DNA of 64,000 bases, from assembly GCF_016433145.1 (NCBI RefSeq), contig NC_058130.1, forward strand, positions 127,906,922 through 127,970,921, in the 5' to 3' direction. Both the position numbers and the translations under genes were made by a program. This DNA is from Gracilinanus agilis (Eukaryota). Positions 63,413-64,000 of this stretch are shown piece by piece. Numbering within the stretch: position 1 is the first letter of the stretch; each line of letters begins with the position of its first letter. The notes beneath the pieces are model-generated. The model did not search any database, was not told the origin of the DNA, and worked only from the letters and a program-made list of their open reading frames with translations.

Positions 63413-63854
63413 GGGGCATCTGGGTAGCTCAGTGGATTGAGAGTCAGGCCTAGAGACAGGAGGTCCTAGGTTCAAATCCGACCTCAGACACTTCCCAGCT
63501 GTGTGACCCTGGGCAAGTCACTTGACCCCCATTGCCCACCCTTGCCACTCTTCCACCAAGGAACCAATACACAGAAGTTAAGGGTTTAAAATAGAAAATT
63601 TAAAAAATTTAAAAAATAATAAAGAAAACTCCAAAAAGGGGGCAGCTGGGTGGCTCAGTGGATGGAGAGCCAGGCCTAGAAACAGGAGTTCTTAGGTTCA
63701 AATCTAGCCTCAGACACTCCCTAGCTGTGTGACCCTGGGCAAGTCACTTAACCCCCATTGCTTAGCCCTTACCATTCTTCTGCCTTGAAACCAAAATACA
63801 GTATTGATTCTAAGATGGAAAAAAAAAGGTTTAAAAAAGAAAAGAAGTGAAAAA
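63413..63854 (+). mobile_element. Two head-to-tail SINEs (63413-63621 and 63638-63854) stacked in an older MAR1/MIR-like SINE
   Basis: Three copies of the target aagaaaactccaaa at 63397, 63622 and 63855. Confidence 0.9.
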
Positions 63855-64000
63855 AAGAAAACTCCAAATGGGGACACAGCTAATACAAAACTGAGTAGCA
63901 ACATTGGAATTTATAGAGTAAGGCAGAGGAGGTAGTGACATACTTAACCTTTTAGTAAAATCATTTTAGTAGCTGATTGGAAGAAGAATTGGAGGAAGGA

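Noticed and set aside
63413-63700. tRNA genes (A/B boxes, ggttcaaatc)
   Set aside because: tRNA-derived SINE heads followed by CORE/LINE-derived tails and TSDs. No complete cloverleaf.

Overview
Repeat-rich marsupial genomic DNA. The tRNA/CORE-type SINEs and L1 3' ends look didelphid, probably opossum; this is an inference from repeat sequence. Two structures dominate. (1) Eight + strand coding exons between 21375 and 61835 splice by GT-AG rules into one uninterrupted 274-codon frame plus stop. It encodes the catalytic core of a CARM1/PRMT4-type arginine methyltransferase. It is only about 78% identical to human CARM1 as I recall that sequence, and it ends 23 residues after ...KNPFF, so it looks like an intact CARM1-like paralog without the CARM1 C-terminal activation domain. 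Its 5' exons were not found and probably lie upstream of the window. (2) A 5,472-bp defective gammaretroviral provirus lies on the - strand at 942-6413, inserted into an L2, antisense to the gene and probably in its intron. It has two 389-bp LTRs (19 substitutions, no indels), a tRNA-Pro-like PBS, a PPT, and a gag preceded by a glyco-Gag-like hydrophobic segment. A large deletion joins capsid to the integrase core, and env is multiply disrupted. The rest is L1, L2, CR1, SINEs, LTR fragments, Tc1/mariner and hAT MITEs, two perfect fold-back palindromes, microsatellites and a 149-N gap. Family names and homolog comparisons come from memory, not database searches.
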